DNA of 64,000 bases from Chrysomallon squamiferum (GCA_012295275.1 CM022666.1:14198001-14262000); one strand, 5' to 3'; counted from the first letter of the stretch, positions 42,454 to 58,249 are shown. Notes: generated from the sequence alone by a model not told the origin. A program made the numbers and translations.

Positions 42454-44080
42454 AAAAGAAAGAAAAGTTGTCTGTCATTTCGCATAAGACTGATCATTAA
42501 TATTTCTTTATAAAGATACGCATGAGTAGACACCATCATTTAAAGTTGGTTTTATTTCATTTTATTACACTGCTGCAGGTTCATCACAGCACCTTCTATT
42601 ACAATACCACTTTTATTACATTTCTTCTTCTTCTTCTTTTTTTTTAATTTTATTTATTTCTTCCTTTCCTCAACATCTCTCTTCCTTAACGATTAACAAT
42701 CAATGGAATAATACGCCGATCTTTAACAAGATAATTGTGACATCGTTTCGATGCATTTATTTATTAGAGGAAGAAACGATGTATTTTAATAAATTAATAC
42801 TCATCAATGTCAGCTGATAACGTTTTATTTCTCTTTATTCTTCAGTTTATCTTCACGACTCTCGACAGCAGACACGACGTCATTCATCTTTATTGGATTA
42901 AAGTCAGCCTAGCCTGTTTGCATCGTTGTAACGGCAACGTTCAGGACGATTAATCTTTGTGTCCCGTGAAAAAAATTAAAACACAGCAGTACGAACTGTG
43001 CGATGTCTTGTTGTGATAAACGGAAAATGAAGCCACTTAACCGCGAGAGAAAATATTTATTTCGTTCCGTTGTTCCAGAACAGCCGTTATTTATTTCGTG
43101 TTTTGACAAAACCGATACTTGTCAAGGGACGATGCTGGGAAGTTATACTCGCTGACTGGTTCTGGCTTTCGCAAACTGGGATACCTGAATCTTTCCATAA
43201 CAAGAACCAGGCTGCGTCAGTTTGCCAGCGAGAACTTCTCTCGTCACGCTACAGTTATTATAAACAGTGCGAGTTAATTGATTTATGCGCTGTTTCTGAG
43301 ACACGACAATAAACTGCAACGGCTAATCTCTCTTTTTATTCGCCACTACTACAGATTAAATTGCACATGTGTTCGCGTAATCAGCTATCATTTACCTACA
43401 AATGTTCTGTGTACGGATTTCTACATCCTGGTCTGGCTAAGTTAACGCTCGCAAAGGGACCGCATGGGTTAACAGAACAACAGGTGGGTTGAACAAAAAT
43501 CAACAGTATTAATTATCGAAAATCGAATATATAACACTTACTGAGGTCCTGGTTCCGAACAGAAAAAAGAAGAAGAAAAAAACCTAAAAAAAAAAACCCT
43601 GGATTGCTTCGAGCTTTAAAATAAATTTAATAATAATAATAATAATAATAAAATAGTAATAATAATGATAAAAGTGTGACCGAGGAAACGAAAGTAAAGG
43701 GGAAAAAAAGAAAGAAAAATAAAATCATGTTGAGATAGCTGGAAGATAAATCAAGTTGTGATTGTCAGTGAGTTAAATAGCCAGAGAAGTTTCATTATTA
43801 AGATTTGTCGGGGGCTGGAAAACGCTTGTTGGTGATTGTCATACCGGCATTGATATCGCTTGTTTCGTTCTGGAATATAAATTAGATCTTGATTCGGGTA
43901 AGACTTTTACGCCAGGATAATAACTTTCTGTCGTTCGCCTACAGATAAAGTGAGAAATGATGAGTTCGCTATGAATAAATAAATAGATTTTTTTATTTTT
44001 TTTTTTTTTTTTTTAAATAAAAATTCGTGCGATATCACAGTATTCACAGTTTATTTATTTGATTGCTTGTTTGTTACTAA

Positions 44081-45127
44081 ATGTCTATGGAGACTCGCAC
44101 TTTACTGGATATTTCAGTTTCTGAGCTGCCAAACGTGACCGCTAGTAGACTCTTCAAGAACGAAGAACTGCTCAAGCCAGCTAACTACTCCATCAGTAGT
44201 CTGGAACGGGCAACGCACTTTCTCATCCTGTACGTGCAGCCGACGATATGCCTTATCGGAGTGGTGGGGAACATCATCTCCCTGGTGGTGTTCCTGTCCC
44301 GGAAGTTACGTAACGTCTCGTGCAACGTGTACCTTGCGGCCTTGTCGCTTAGCAACAGTGCCTTCATGTGTGCTCTATTCGTGGTGTGGCTGGAGATCGT
44401 GGGGATCCGCCTCGTTCACACGGACGGCTGGTGTCAGAGCGTCATCTACGTGTCCTACGTCAGCAGCTTTCTCTCCGTCTGGCTGATCGTCTGCATCACG
44501 GTGGACAACTTCATAATCACGTTCCACCTGCACAAAGCGCCCGCGCTCTGCACGGTGAAACGGGCGCTGATTGTCGTCTGCAGTCTGACGTTCTTCTCCC
44601 TCCTCTTGTACGACTTTGCCTTATGGTCGACGAAAGCCAACACCAGCTACTGCGTCGTTCCCATCGAGTACAAAAACATCGTGGAGATCTTCACCTACAT
44701 CGACGCCATGTTGACTCTCATCCTGCCCTCGGTCGTCATAGTGACCCTGCTGATTTGCATCTTAATGAAAAGCATTTCTCAGCCTCGCCTGTGCACCACG
44801 AACGTTCCGCACGTGCTCACGCGGAAAGAGCGCGCCCTCGTGCGGGTCACGCGGCTTCTGTTCGTCATCATTGTTTCGTTCATGGTTCTGACGAGCCCCA
44901 GTCACGTGAACAAACTACGTCATCTGATAAACTCTCTGACGTCAGCGTCGGCTCAGCCTTCGCAGTTGGATATCGTTGTTCAGCATCTGTGTCAGTTAAT
45001 TTATTATATCAGTTTCTCCTGCAACTTTCTGTACTTTTTGCTTTGGGGTAAAAACTTCAGGAAAGTGTTGGGTCAATGGATCAAGTCAGTAACAAAATGT
45101 TGCAAAAAGTGCTCTGTAATAAAATAA
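44081..45127 (+). CDS. Single-coding-exon rhodopsin-like (class A) GPCR, 348 aa; orphan peptide-receptor-like (FMRFamide/TRH-receptor-like group)
   Basis: Seven hydrophobic segments; TM1 IGVVGNIISLVVF, TM2 YLAALSLSN, TM3 CQ...SVW...TVDNF, CTVKRA, ECL2 Cys, TM7 CNFLYF, helix 8 NFRK; N-terminal sequons NVT and NYS; GC-rich coding composition. Confidence 0.93.
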   Translation: MSMETRTLLDISVSELPNVTASRLFKNEELLKPANYSISSLERATHFLILYVQPTICLIGVVGNIISLVVFLSRKLRNVSCNVYLAALSLSNSAFMCALFVVWLEIVGIRLVHTDGWCQSVIYVSYVSSFLSVWLIVCITVDNFIITFHLHKAPALCTVKRALIVVCSLTFFSLLLYDFALWSTKANTSYCVVPIEYKNIVEIFTYIDAMLTLILPSVVIVTLLICILMKSISQPRLCTTNVPHVLTRKERALVRVTRLLFVIIVSFMVLTSPSHVNKLRHLINSLTSASAQPSQLDIVVQHLCQLIYYISFSCNFLYFLLWGKNFRKVLGQWIKSVTKCCKKCSVIK

Positions 45128-45647
45128 ATATACGAAAAAGTAAGAACCTTTTTATTATTATTATCGTTGTTGTTGTGGTTGTGGTTGGTGTTGTTGTTAC
45201 TAATTAATTTACTTATTTATAATATTCATTCATTACTACTTTTTAAAAAAATTTTTTACTTATTTTATTTTATTTCATTTTATTTCATTTACTTCATTTA
45301 TATATATATATTAATTATTTAAAGTCTTTCCTAGATATTTCAACCTTATGTCCTTGTGCAAGTGAACCACTAACTACTTCAGAAAAACTTGCATCAAATA
45401 ATTATTTCTGTTATTACAAGTTTTCTCCTTTTTTTTTATCGTAAAATTATTTTCACGAAACAGCATGTTCCACTCAATACTGAAAGGAAAATAAAAATGA
45501 AGTCTGTTGCAGATACCAGACCAGTTGTTCGGCTTCCAGAAAATCATCTTCAGATGATGGTTCATTTGTATCTACTAAATACAGCTTCGTTCTTTTCTTT
45601 TTCTTTTTATTTCTATTATTATTTTAATTAATTATATTATTTATTTA

Positions 45648-45699
<52 letters not shown>

Positions 45700-48600
45700 T
45701 TTTTTTTTTTTTTTTTTTTTTATTATTATTATATATTATTTATTTTTTTTGGGGTTTTATATATATTTCAGTTTTAAATGGTTTCGTATCTTCCAGTTAA
45801 ATAAATTTTCCCTGTGTAGACAGTTTTTATAACCAATAAAATTATAAATTTTTATGGTAAATTTAAAAAACAAATTACCAAAAAAAAAAAAAAAAAAAAA
45901 AAAACACAACAAAACAAACAACAATTAATAATAATAATAATGAAAATAATAATTATAATACAATAATGATGATCATAACAATAATAACAGTAGCAGTATA
46001 ACAACAACAACACCATCAATAATTTTGATAGAAAGAAATTAAGAATGAATAACCAAATGAAATGAATACTTTTCACGATGCAAAGATTAATTATAGCTTT
46101 CATTTCTGCAACAGAAATTATATATATATATTTATAAACAATTTAATTTGACTGTCGTACGCAAGTAATGGAACTTATAAATAAAACGATAAAATCAAAT
46201 CCTTCTTACAGTGTGTGTATACCAGATAAAATACTTAAAAATAAAATCCACTATTAATAATAAACCATACAAAAAACTTAGAAATAAAATAAAAACAGAA
46301 TATTTTCTACAAACAAACATTTCCTTCTGTTTTTGAAAAATCGTGCTCGTACCGTTTAACGAATGTCAAATTCTGTTTTAATTCGTGCGCTCTATGTGTA
46401 AAGATTCTGTATTCAGAAATGAATGGTCTGACGTCTGGTTAATATTTCTTGAAACGTTTTAATATTTACCATCAAAACGGTCGCATCTTTCTGCCGACGA
46501 TCATTTAAGAAAGCAGTTCTCAGTCGAAGCTCTTTAAACTAAGCTTATCAGTTAATAAACATGAATAATGCATTTGTCCTTTCTCGTAGGAAATCATCCA
46601 TAAAATGTTAGTACGGAACACTGGCTAGATTGGGAAATAGTTCAATTAACGCACACAAGAGTATCGATTATTTGTCTGTCCTGCCGGCAAAACAGAAAAT
46701 GACCGATTCAGCTGTTTCCTTTCTTGTTCAGTTCTGGTAAAATAAATACACAGTGCAAGTTAAGAGTTCTTTCAATTAGACTGTTGCTTTATAATTTTAT
46801 CAAAAAAACATTTATTTATTTATTTATTTATATGATAATAATGTTGTTGTTGTTTTTTTTTTTTTTTTTAAATCTGTCTCGATCGCTTTGGTGCTGAAAG
46901 AAATCATTTATTTTTTATTGTATGTGGATGTTCGTATATATCTGTTTTAATCTATATTAATTTTGGTATATATGTAAAGGATGTGTGTCGTTAGGTACGT
47001 AATATGTAGGTACGTTTGTACTTACTTACGTATTTATGTATAGGTTATTTTAGTTGTCATCTTTCTCATAGATCTAACCTCAGTTACTTTTAATTCGGTT
47101 CAGTCAGTTTACAGTTCTGATTTATAAACTTCGAATTCCTTGATAAAACATGTAACTTATTAGTTACGTGCGGCAGAGTCCACAATTAATGTTATCCGTC
47201 TTTTAATAAAACTGTGTTGAAGGTTATATTTGACAAAATTACTTGTATTTGCTTCGTAAAAAAGAATAAAAGAAAGAAAGAAAGAAAGAAAAAAAATGTA
47301 ATCAAATTTTTACTGTACAGTAAACCATCGATTTACCAGACATCAATTCAGAGGACTTTTGAGAATAAACATTTCGCGTCTAATCCTTTTAGTGTCGAAA
47401 CAAACGCTGGAATTCTCCTGGAACTGTGGACGTTACACTAATTCAGGTCGTGCTCGATATAATTATGATATTTCTCAGTCCTTTTACCACATATCCCCCT
47501 ACGTCATCTGATGCACCTGTTTTATAAGCTCGAGTAGAGGAGTCTTCGGCAAACTTTGGCCCGCGAGGCTTTCTGTTGAGTCTGATTTCACGATTAAAAT
47601 GATGTTTATTAACAGTGAGGCCCACCTGTTGATGAGCCGTGTTCTCTTTCGTCCAGTTTCTCCAGAAATGTTGCCCATGAGTGGTTTAATGATTCTAAAT
47701 GTCAGTCGTCTTCGACTGATTTTTTGTTCTTTATTTAAAGCCTACTTCTCTTCTTCGTCCTAACCTTTAACAGCAATAAGCGACACATCATCCTACGAGT
47801 TTAGACTTGCCATGTATTCTTAATCTCCACAATCGATCATGTCAAAGGATGAAATGATTGCGTATTATTTGAACATTTAACATCAAAAACTGCGGTAATA
47901 TTAAGTACGTTCAGTATTTAATTTCATAGTATTAATATTATTAAAACTACAGAGCTGTAATTTTAAAATTATCGTTTTAAATCATTTGCGATTTAGCTGA
48001 CTTCGACATGAACAAATAACAATTCAGTCTGGTAAACTGAGGATCTACTGTATTATAGTCTTTGCTTCCTCATACATCTAAAGATGGTGGCAGCGTCTAG
48101 TTTTTGTATACATTTTCTTTTTATCTTGTTGCGAAGTGCAATAATAATAAATTGTCAGCTGAATGCGTGCAAGCAGTAAACATATCAGTAAGCAAACTGG
48201 TTGCAAAGATTTAGCTGAAAACATTTTCACATCAAAGATAGTCGTTTCTCAGATATTTCTATTTTATTTTAATAGTACTAAATCATGTATTATTAATGTC
48301 ATTTTAATGGTAGATTATGTATATGCGTGTGTATGTATGCATGTATGAGTTTGTATATGTTTGTATGTATGTATGTATGTACGTATGTACGTAATTTATA
48401 AAGAGTTCTGTATTAGTGTGTACTTGTATTTCTATTTCTGTCACAAAACGCTCTCACGTATTTGTAAACACAGACACACACATAAATATACACAAGAAAA
48501 AACCCACAAGAAAAAAAAAAAAAAAACTTGTGAAATATATATTAAAAACAAAAGGAAACATCAAATAAAAATGTAACAAGATTACGCATGAGAAAAACTC

Positions 48601-50626
48601 CAGAAAACCTTAACACGTCTGCTATTGGAAGATCATAACTGACAGCTTCGAACTGTTTCTTCAGCCGTTTTTCTGAAAGCCTCGGATATCAAACTGGCGC
48701 AAGCTGTTTGTAGTTCCACAGAAGAAAGAATCCTTAACGCCGAGTCCTGCATTCCTATGTCGTAATTCTTTCCGGGTTTACGTTCTGCATTATATTTTAA
48801 ATCTTTACATGTGTAAAATATGCTATACTGTTTTTACAATTAGTTGTCTTGTAAGTCGCGATTCAACGGAGGGTGGTAGTCGGTAGAATAGATTTAACAA
48901 TCTATAAAATAACAAGTAATATCTTGTTTCATTTCTTCTTACTCTAGGAAATAAAATGTTAGTTGTTCTCAAACTGGATGACCCCCGCAGCAGAAAAGTC
49001 TCGAATCTGCAAAATAAATGCCTGTATATATTAGATAATACGTAATACGTTATCGTCAAGTTTCGTATCCTTGACCGGTGTTTTCACTTTTCTATCGTTA
49101 AAATGCAGAATAATTACTTCTTCGAGGTTAACAGTGGTATTAAGTTATCGCAGCCTGTAACTGTATTCGTATATATTGCCGTAATGACGTCATTATGAAT
49201 TGGTTGGCATGGATCGTCTTTGTTAATGATGTCATTACTGACATTCATAATTTCCTTAATCTGCTGTCGCTGTTTCAATTAGGTTTGTGTAAGTGAAGAT
49301 AACGTTCAGCCCTGAGTCATGGTCATGCATTCCTCAACATGTTAGCATTCGCTTGGATCATCGGAAAAATCATTATTTTTGTTTGTATGAATATTCTGTT
49401 ATCGTACTTGTTAACCTTTCTCAGTCCAAGATTTTGCTATATCTGACAATTTTTATAATTTAAGATATAATTTAAATTATATCAGTGTTGTTGTTTTTTT
49501 TTGTTTATTTGTTATTCTGTTTATTTGGGTGGATATTTTTTTTTATTTTTTTTTTAAAATTATATTATTATTTTTCTTGTTGGACTTAATTGTGTATGAC
49601 ATCACAATAATACCATATCATAAAAACAATCCTATTGTTTTCAGTTTTACGTTTTACTTAAAGTTTATTCTGTGTGTCGTAATCACCACATAATACAAAC
49701 TAGTCGCAACAGGTTTAAAATACATTTTCCTTCTTTTGTGTTGACTTTATAAAAGATCTTCATACTGTATACCTCCATCACAAAACAGAATCGTAATCTA
49801 AAATCTTTCACTTTGATTTTTAACTTTTTCGTATTGCACTTTATATTGTTCACATCAAAGAAATTTGTACATGAATCGTTGTCATCATACAGAGTCACAG
49901 CCAACTGAAAACGCGTTCAGAAATTGTTTTACACTTTCTTGTCAAACTTTACCTTGTCCGTGTTAAAAGGTTATTGCATCTGAATCATTGTTGTAATACA
50001 TAACCTATCGAGAATGCGTTCAGAAAGTACTTTATAATTTCTTGTTATTAGTTTTTCTATTTTCTTTTTTTTTGTTCCTTTTTTTTTTTTTTTTTTGTTA
50101 TTATATGCTATTATCAGACAGAACAATTTAAAAACAACCCTTAAAAATATTGTTTTGTTTTTTAATCTTAAACTTCATAATACGTTGGCTTAATGAAAGT
50201 GCATTTAATGTTTATTCTCTGACTTTGTCATAACATTTACATACATGAACTCATCTGAAATGGACAATATATTTCTAGAAATGGAAATAGAAATAATTCG
50301 ATAAATTCTCTGTCAAAACTTTAACAACAGATTCGTGTTACAATACGAGATTTTAAGTATTTAATATCTGTAAGGATGATGAGTCACTTCACTGTTTCTG
50401 TAGAATAATTAAAATTTCTCATTTATACCATTCAAAATATAAATAAAGAAATAAAGAAAGAAAGAAAGAAAGAAAGAAAAAAGAAAAAGAAAAACCACAT
50501 ATATTTCTACGTTCTTTGTGCTCGATTAAATACGAAAAGTAATAAGAGAACAGAATATTTTGTTGTTGTTGTTGTTGTTGTTTATCATCATTATCGCTTT
50601 CTTCTTGTTTCTTCTTCTTCTTCTTC

Positions 50627-50679
<53 letters not shown>

Positions 50680-51845
50680 TTACTAGTACAACTGCAGCTA
50701 CTAATAATACTACAACTGCTACTGTTGCTGTTGTTGTTATGGTGGTGGTAGTAGTGTCGTAGTTTTGGTCATCATGGATAGAATATCACTCGACAGCAGG
50801 ACCCAGCCTCCTTCTGTTGCATATTTCACTTCCTGCTGGTAACCCTTGGCACCCATCCGATGTCCACTAGTTCTACGTTTTCGTTTCATTCATTAAAATA
50901 ATTCACAAGAAAACAAATCGTTCACTGTAACGTGAGGACAACAATTTATTAAAACTAAGTAAATATCAAGACGCCTTTATATGCTTTCTCCTCTGTTCCA
51001 TTACGAAAATAACCTTAAAATAATTTACAATAATTTAAACATACTGAAATAAGCTTTATGCGATACATCAGTTGGTTTTCAACAATCAATATCACTTATA
51101 CTAAACTATCTGTCTTTCAGTATTGCTGCATTTATATTAATATTATCCTTGGAAGTGAAATACGGAACAAATATTTCACGAAATATATTTGTTTTCCGTT
51201 TTAAGGAAGGCCAGTTTGTTAATTTATTACCACAGAGAATTAAGTGTGTTTTATTTATTTATTTGTTTATTTTAGACATCTACTGTCTGACAGTAAGAAA
51301 AATGAATACATCTATTTTTCTTGTATTTTCTGCGACGCATTAAAAACAGCAATAACATTAAATTGTAGTTAATGTATTATCCAAGCCGTAAATACTTAAA
51401 CAAATGAAACTGTTGTGCAAGAATTTCTGATGAAACAACAGTCTGCTTATTTATTCGTTTGTTTGTTTAAATTACATTTCTGTTCATTTGTATTAATTTA
51501 TATATTATTCATTCATTCATTCATTCATTCACTTATTTGTTTAAAAGTTATTTATGTATTTATTTGTTTGTGTGTTTACTAATTTTTCTTTATTTCTTTC
51601 GTTTAAAACACTTCTGAAAACAAAAAAAGAGTCTTTAAATTCACTGTTCAATGATTTATATAATTACATCAGGAAATTCGCCGATTCTTTTAGATTCTGT
51701 TTATTGTAATATCAGTTTACAGCAAAATAATCCTCAAACATGGCAAAGTGAAATTTAATCCAGTGATTGATGATTTGTAGCTTGCTAGAGTGTTTGTGAA
51801 TAACAAGCCTTATTGCTAGCTCAAGGTTAAACATGACTAAAGAAA

Positions 51846-51927
<82 letters not shown>

Positions 51928-52219
51928 GACGTCATGATTGACGTGAATTTAATCCTTCGCCCATACTCAAGAATTTCTTACTTTATTCTTATACTTTGTT
52001 GTTAGCAAAGTCTATTCGCCAGTAATGAATAGAATAATAACATGTTAGAATATAAAAATGTATTTAATTTGTATTGTAAAAAAGAAATACAGCTGAATAT
52101 GTACATGTTATATTTATGTTGTGCAGTTAATCAAATAACGCATACCTTTTTAATTATAATAAAAACATGTTAATATTGTTTTAAGAAAAAAAAAATTCAA
52201 TTAAATAAACATAAACTAA

Positions 52220-52250
<31 letters not shown>

Positions 52251-52521
52251 AAAATATAATACAATAGTTTTTAGACATTTCAGACAATGTTGTACACTAG
52301 CATTGATTCCCGAACTGACTAGATTCCTGAAATGTATACTTGACAGTTAGCACAATACTGTGACGTCACGTAATTGATGACGCTTTCTTTATGGAGTAGA
52401 ACTTTATCGTACGTTGTTATGATTAATCAGATATCGAAGTAATGGCTGCAAACCGTTGGATTGTGTATGTTCCTATCGCAACTAGTATGAATCGTTCTAA
52501 AATCTCAAATTTTCTTTCGAT

Positions 52522-52562
<41 letters not shown>

Positions 52563-53116
52563 ACAACAACAACAACAATAATTGTAAGTAGATTGAGAGA
52601 AAGGTGGCCTGAGAGAAAGACAGACAGACAAACAGAGGACCATGTAGATAGCTAAATAAAACAATCACATGAAGAAGAAAAAATACAATTTAAAAAAAAA
52701 AAAAAAAAAACCTCTGTCTTTCAAAACACATTTTCAAGTATCACAAACCGTCTGTCTGAAAGCAGTACAGAAAGGTCAGTCTTGGACCCACACGTGCACA
52801 CCTCAATTTACAAACACGTGTTCATGCCGTCAGTTGCAGAGGATGGGCAGACAGTGTCAGACACCACGTGCGGGACAGAGTAATAAACACTGTCTGTCTC
52901 CTTGGTTACAGACTGCAGAGCAAATTGACAAACAACTTTCGTAGACAGAGAATTCGGTCAATTTAAAATGAAACCATATACTCCGCGATTTACGTAGCTG
53001 AATCGTCCAGCACAAATTAGCCTGAGCCAAAACACAGGTGTGCTGGAGCATACTGTATAGGTACCACTGTGAGACAAAGACGTAATAACTTTAGTTTAGT
53101 AGTAGTAGTAGTAGTA

Positions 53117-53164
<48 letters not shown>

Positions 53165-53640
53165 GCCAGTGCATCGCTAGCTAATACAGATGTACGTAAA
53201 TAGGATTTACGTACTAAAATAGGATTTACGAAATGTCGGAGCCTCTGCACGTTACACACAGTTGTTCTAACTCCACGACACGAATAGTTTATAAGTTTAT
53301 AAATCCCAAAAGACCCTTCTACGGTTGTTTCATTTAAACAGATTTTTACACTATCCGGTTACAGTTGTACAAGAGTAATCTTAAGAATCAACTCCTGTGA
53401 CAAAACTGGTGTGTTAGTATCGAACGATCGGACACACTATTTTTAAATCGGAAAATTCAAGGATAAGTGATAACAATGCTAGATTCTAACTACCAGATAT
53501 CACCGAAACAGCGATTCATTTGTAGAATTTTTAAGAGTTTTAGAGTTGCAACTTTTGAATAATTCAGTTGTTTTTTGTTTGTTTTTTCGTACTCCCGATT
53601 ATCTAGGCTAATATTATATTTTTATTTAGGCGACACAACA

Positions 53641-53677
<37 letters not shown>

Positions 53678-55215
53678 TTATTCGGTTTCTCTACTGTCTC
53701 TCTCACTTTCTGTCTGTCTGCCTGTTTGTCTGAGTGACAAGACAATTTAAAACTTCCCTCCTCAGATGCTCTTTCTCTTCCTTTGCTGCCGGTTTTGATA
53801 AATGACGTGAATAACTCAAGTTTTCTAAATAATTACACTAATAAATCACCACTCTCAAATATGTACCTTTCTGTCTACAGAATCACCGCTACAGCCTCAA
53901 ACTGAAGAAAAGTTTTATTTCACGGAGAGTTTAAATAATTTGAAAACTACCATTATAAGAAGATAATTAGTATTTAAATTTCTAAGAATTTTGCTATAAT
54001 ACACGCAGACACAAACATACTACACAAACACATACAGACAAGCGTATTACGTCAAGACTTTCTTTTTGATCTTTTCGAAAAGCGGTTTATGTTTAATTTA
54101 AGACGTTTTGGGATTAATAGGAAACAAAACTGTTTTTTTAGAATGCGGCCATAGAAATGTTTCTTAGAGAGCTTCGTTATAAATTAAGAGACTGTAAATT
54201 TCTATTAAGCAAAATTAATTAAGGTAAGTTTCGTAATAATGTATATTACGTTTTCTAGACGTTTTCTAATCCAGCTATAAACTGAACAATTGCAAAGGTA
54301 CCAGTGATTTCCTATAAAAAGTAATGCATGAAATTGCAGTGAAGAAGGATTTTTTTTTTTCTTTCTTATTTTTGTTACGACTATTTGGAACATAAAAAAA
54401 TAAAAGTTTAATTTGATTTATAATAATCTCAAATTAAATTCATCCTCATTTTCGTCTTCATTTTTATTGTCATCATTTCGTGTTTTGTTTTTAAAAATTT
54501 TTTATTTTGTTCGTCTTCAATTATTGATCATTTTCTTCTCCATTCTCTTCTTTTTTTTCGTATTAGTTTTCTTTATGTTTGTCTTCATTTTTTTTTTCAT
54601 CTTCTTCTTTCTCATTAACGTTATTTTCTTTTTATTCTTCTTCGTCTGCATCTTCTTTGACTTCTTTTTTCTTCTTCGTCTTCTTTGTGTTATCTTCTTC
54701 TTTTTCTGTTCTTTGCTCATCGTCTCCTTCTGTTGCTGAGCACCATGCTACAACAGAGAACGAACGTGCAGTTGTTAACATGGCTTTGTCTATAGCACGT
54801 TACAGGCATAGTATTTTATTTATTTATATGTTTATATGTTTATTTATTTATTTATTTATATGTTTATTTATTTATTTATTTATTTATTTATTTTTTTTTT
54901 TTTTTTTTTTTTTTTTTTATTTGTTTATTTATTTATTTATTTATTTATTTTTTTTTTTTTTTTTTTTTTTATATGTTTATTTATTTATATGTTTATTTAT
55001 TTATTTGTTTGTTTGTTTGTTTGTTTTGTTTGTTTATTTAATATTTGATATTAATATAAGTCAGAGACACACAAATTACACAAAACAACGTAAGCTGAGG
55101 ATTTTGCAGAGTTGCCAAATGTTGTTGTTGTTTTCTTAAATATCGTCAGCTCCAATCACAATAAAACGTATTTATTTGGTTTATAACAACATTAGTAAAG
55201 CATAATAACCTGTCT

Positions 55216-55258
<43 letters not shown>

Positions 55259-55277
55259 AGTCTTTCTTAATATACAT

Positions 55278-55316
<39 letters not shown>

Positions 55317-56262
55317 ACTCACACACTCAGATACATAATACCTATACACACATATATACATACACAAATACATACAACATATATATAGATAGATACACAC
55401 GCACACACATACAGACATACACACACACGCACACACACACACGCTATTATCAAACTAACAGTATTCAAATAACAAATTAAAAAAAACTGTATTTATACAA
55501 ACAAACATTTCTCGCACATCTCTTACTACAAACATTCACCACCCAATCTGCCAAACACAGTTTGCAATTACTGTAGCTGCTAATTAAACACTTTATAGAC
55601 GGAGTCCACGTATCATATCTTTGTTTTCTTGATCGCCCGTAGATTGTGAATAGAAGAAAAAAAAAGTCTGTTCTGAACTACGACTGAACGCAGGTTTTGC
55701 TCTCGGTAAATCGAACTCTGGCGCTCTGGTTCAGACGTTGTCTCGCAGTGAGAAACCAGTGAGAGATTTGGAGAGTGGAAACGAAACGCGACTGAGCTTT
55801 GAACTGATATGAGTAAGACGATTATTTAAATCCAGGCATGTTCTGAAATAGCAATAAGAAAACTAATACCACTTCTTGGATGGCTTCGGCGTTCTGTAAT
55901 CAGCATCCAGTGCCAAGTAATAATAATGATGATGATGATGATGATGATGGTGATGGTGATTGTGATGATGATAAGAACAGCCAGATTAAACAAAATAAAT
56001 AAATGCTGCGCTAACTACTACTGTTTCTGCTGCTGCTGCTGCTGCTGCTTCTACCGGTATTACTACTACTACTACTACTTCTACTACTATCTCTACTACT
56101 ACCACCACCACTACCAATAATAATGATAATAATAATAAGAAGAAGATGAAAAAGGAAGAACATTTTGGTGATGATGAAGGAAGAATGTTTTAATAATAAT
56201 GATAGGAACAATGACGATAAGGATTTTTTTTTTAAAAGTAACAAAGATGACGACATGAAGAG

Positions 56263-56348
<86 letters not shown>

Positions 56349-57300
56349 TTGTTATTACTGTTATTAATATAATATTAATATCATCGTCATTATTATCATG
56401 GTCATCGTCATCATCGTTATTTTTATTATCATCATCATCATTACTATCATTATAATGATTATAACTTTCATCATCATCATCATCATCATCATCATTTTAA
56501 GATGGTTGTTCATACATACTGTATATTTCTCATTGCTCATATTTAATTCAATTCAACCCTGCGGGCGCGTAATTTGTGTTTGCGAAAACAAGATCAGGGA
56601 AAGTGAGTGGGCCCCTAACCCCTCAAAAAAAATAAAGAAAGAAAGAACCGCTGAACTTTCAGAACAAACAATCGGAACAAACTGCGCAATAAACGGGAAC
56701 AAGCGAAATCGCGATCGCAATGAAATCTTACAAAGTGACGTGGCCAGTTCTTACTCAAACCCTGAGGGAAATCATTAAGTCGCGATGGACCTCGTGTTTC
56801 ATTCGCTAACGATTTTTATCAGACTTTCCGTGCTTATTTCGACGAATTCGTCCAATTACGAAGCGTTTCCTGCTCTTTGTTACTGACAGGTTCAATGCAC
56901 GTGAGTGTGAATAAGATATTCGCGAGGGTGAATGAATTTCTTTATTTGCTACTGCAATTTCGTCAGCTCTGAGTGGGGGTACACGTCGCAAACACACCAG
57001 AATATGGAAAACTGAAGGAAGCGGGTCGTAATCTTCCGAGCACGATTTTCAGCAGCAGGGAAAATACTCCGTTTTAATTAGTGTAATTAGCTTTTGAGGA
57101 TCAATAAAATTAATCATAGAAAATATTATTTACATGTTAATATCTGCAGCCATGTTTATTTTGTATCGCACTTCGGAATTAAAAATATTTGAAATAGAAA
57201 ACATGTTTATGTGCACCGTCCTTGGCAATGAGGAAAGGATCTGGATACCGTTGACCCTCGATTTCAAGGACTAATGGGAGGGGGCGGTTGAGGGTCACAG

Positions 57301-57400
57301 GTCAGGAAAAATGCTAAAGTCAGGGAAACGAATTTAAATATTAACTCCAGAATTTACGAAAATATATAACTTTAGTACACACAGCAGCTGTTTAATACAG
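57301..57400 (+). repeat. About 100-bp dispersed direct repeat, copy 1
   Basis: ggaaaaatgctaa.gtcagg.gaaacgaatttaaatattaactcca.aatttac.aaaatatataactttagtacacacagcagct; recurs at 63843-63942. Confidence 0.9.
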
Positions 57401-58039
57401 TAATATAATAATGTAAGAAGAATACAGAGACATAAAAACAATATGAGCAATGACATACAGTGTATATATAAAGAAAAATGTACAGTAGAGAAAAAAAAAC
57501 GTAGGCTAAGTTGGGAGAAATTTGTTAGGTGAGGATGGTTATGTAAAAATGTATTCTTCCCTTTCTGGAACGTGGGTTGAGAGAAAGCTGCCAGTGCAAC
57601 ACAGGATAACTTAATAGTACGTAGAGATCAGGTTTCAGGTGGGAAATGGCGTTCAATTCAAAATTTTATGATGTTACCAGATTTTGGTCAGAGGTTCGTG
57701 AAATGGAGCATCAAAAGTAGTTTGGCGAAGTCAGTGTTAGTGTTAATGAGTCACAGAATACTTTGAGACGAGAATTTAATCACCTATCTTATATCTTGTG
57801 TTTATCAATGTCTACGAGATGGTATTAACGTCGCATCGTTTGTGTTTTCCTGACAATCTGAAAAAAAAAAAATCAAGGACAGTATAAGTTATAAAACACA
57901 CTGACATACGAGGACACAATCGAAGAACGTCGACAGAATCGTCAGAAGCTGTTAAAATTTTGCTGTAAGAGAAACCAAGACATTATGTAAAGACGAAATG
58001 TGGCATTTGCATTATTATATTATATTATTATTATTATTT

Positions 58040-58075
<36 letters not shown>

Positions 58076-58249
58076 TTTTGATTACAACATGAATTTATCA
58101 AGATTAATCTCTGAACATTTTCAGTCTTCTGAAGAATATTTTGTTTCGTCGTTAATTTGGTAAATGCTTATTATCTGCTAAATATCGTTACTACGTGAAT
58201 GGTCAGTAATTATAATTCAGGTGATAATCTACCCAACAATGACCGCTGC

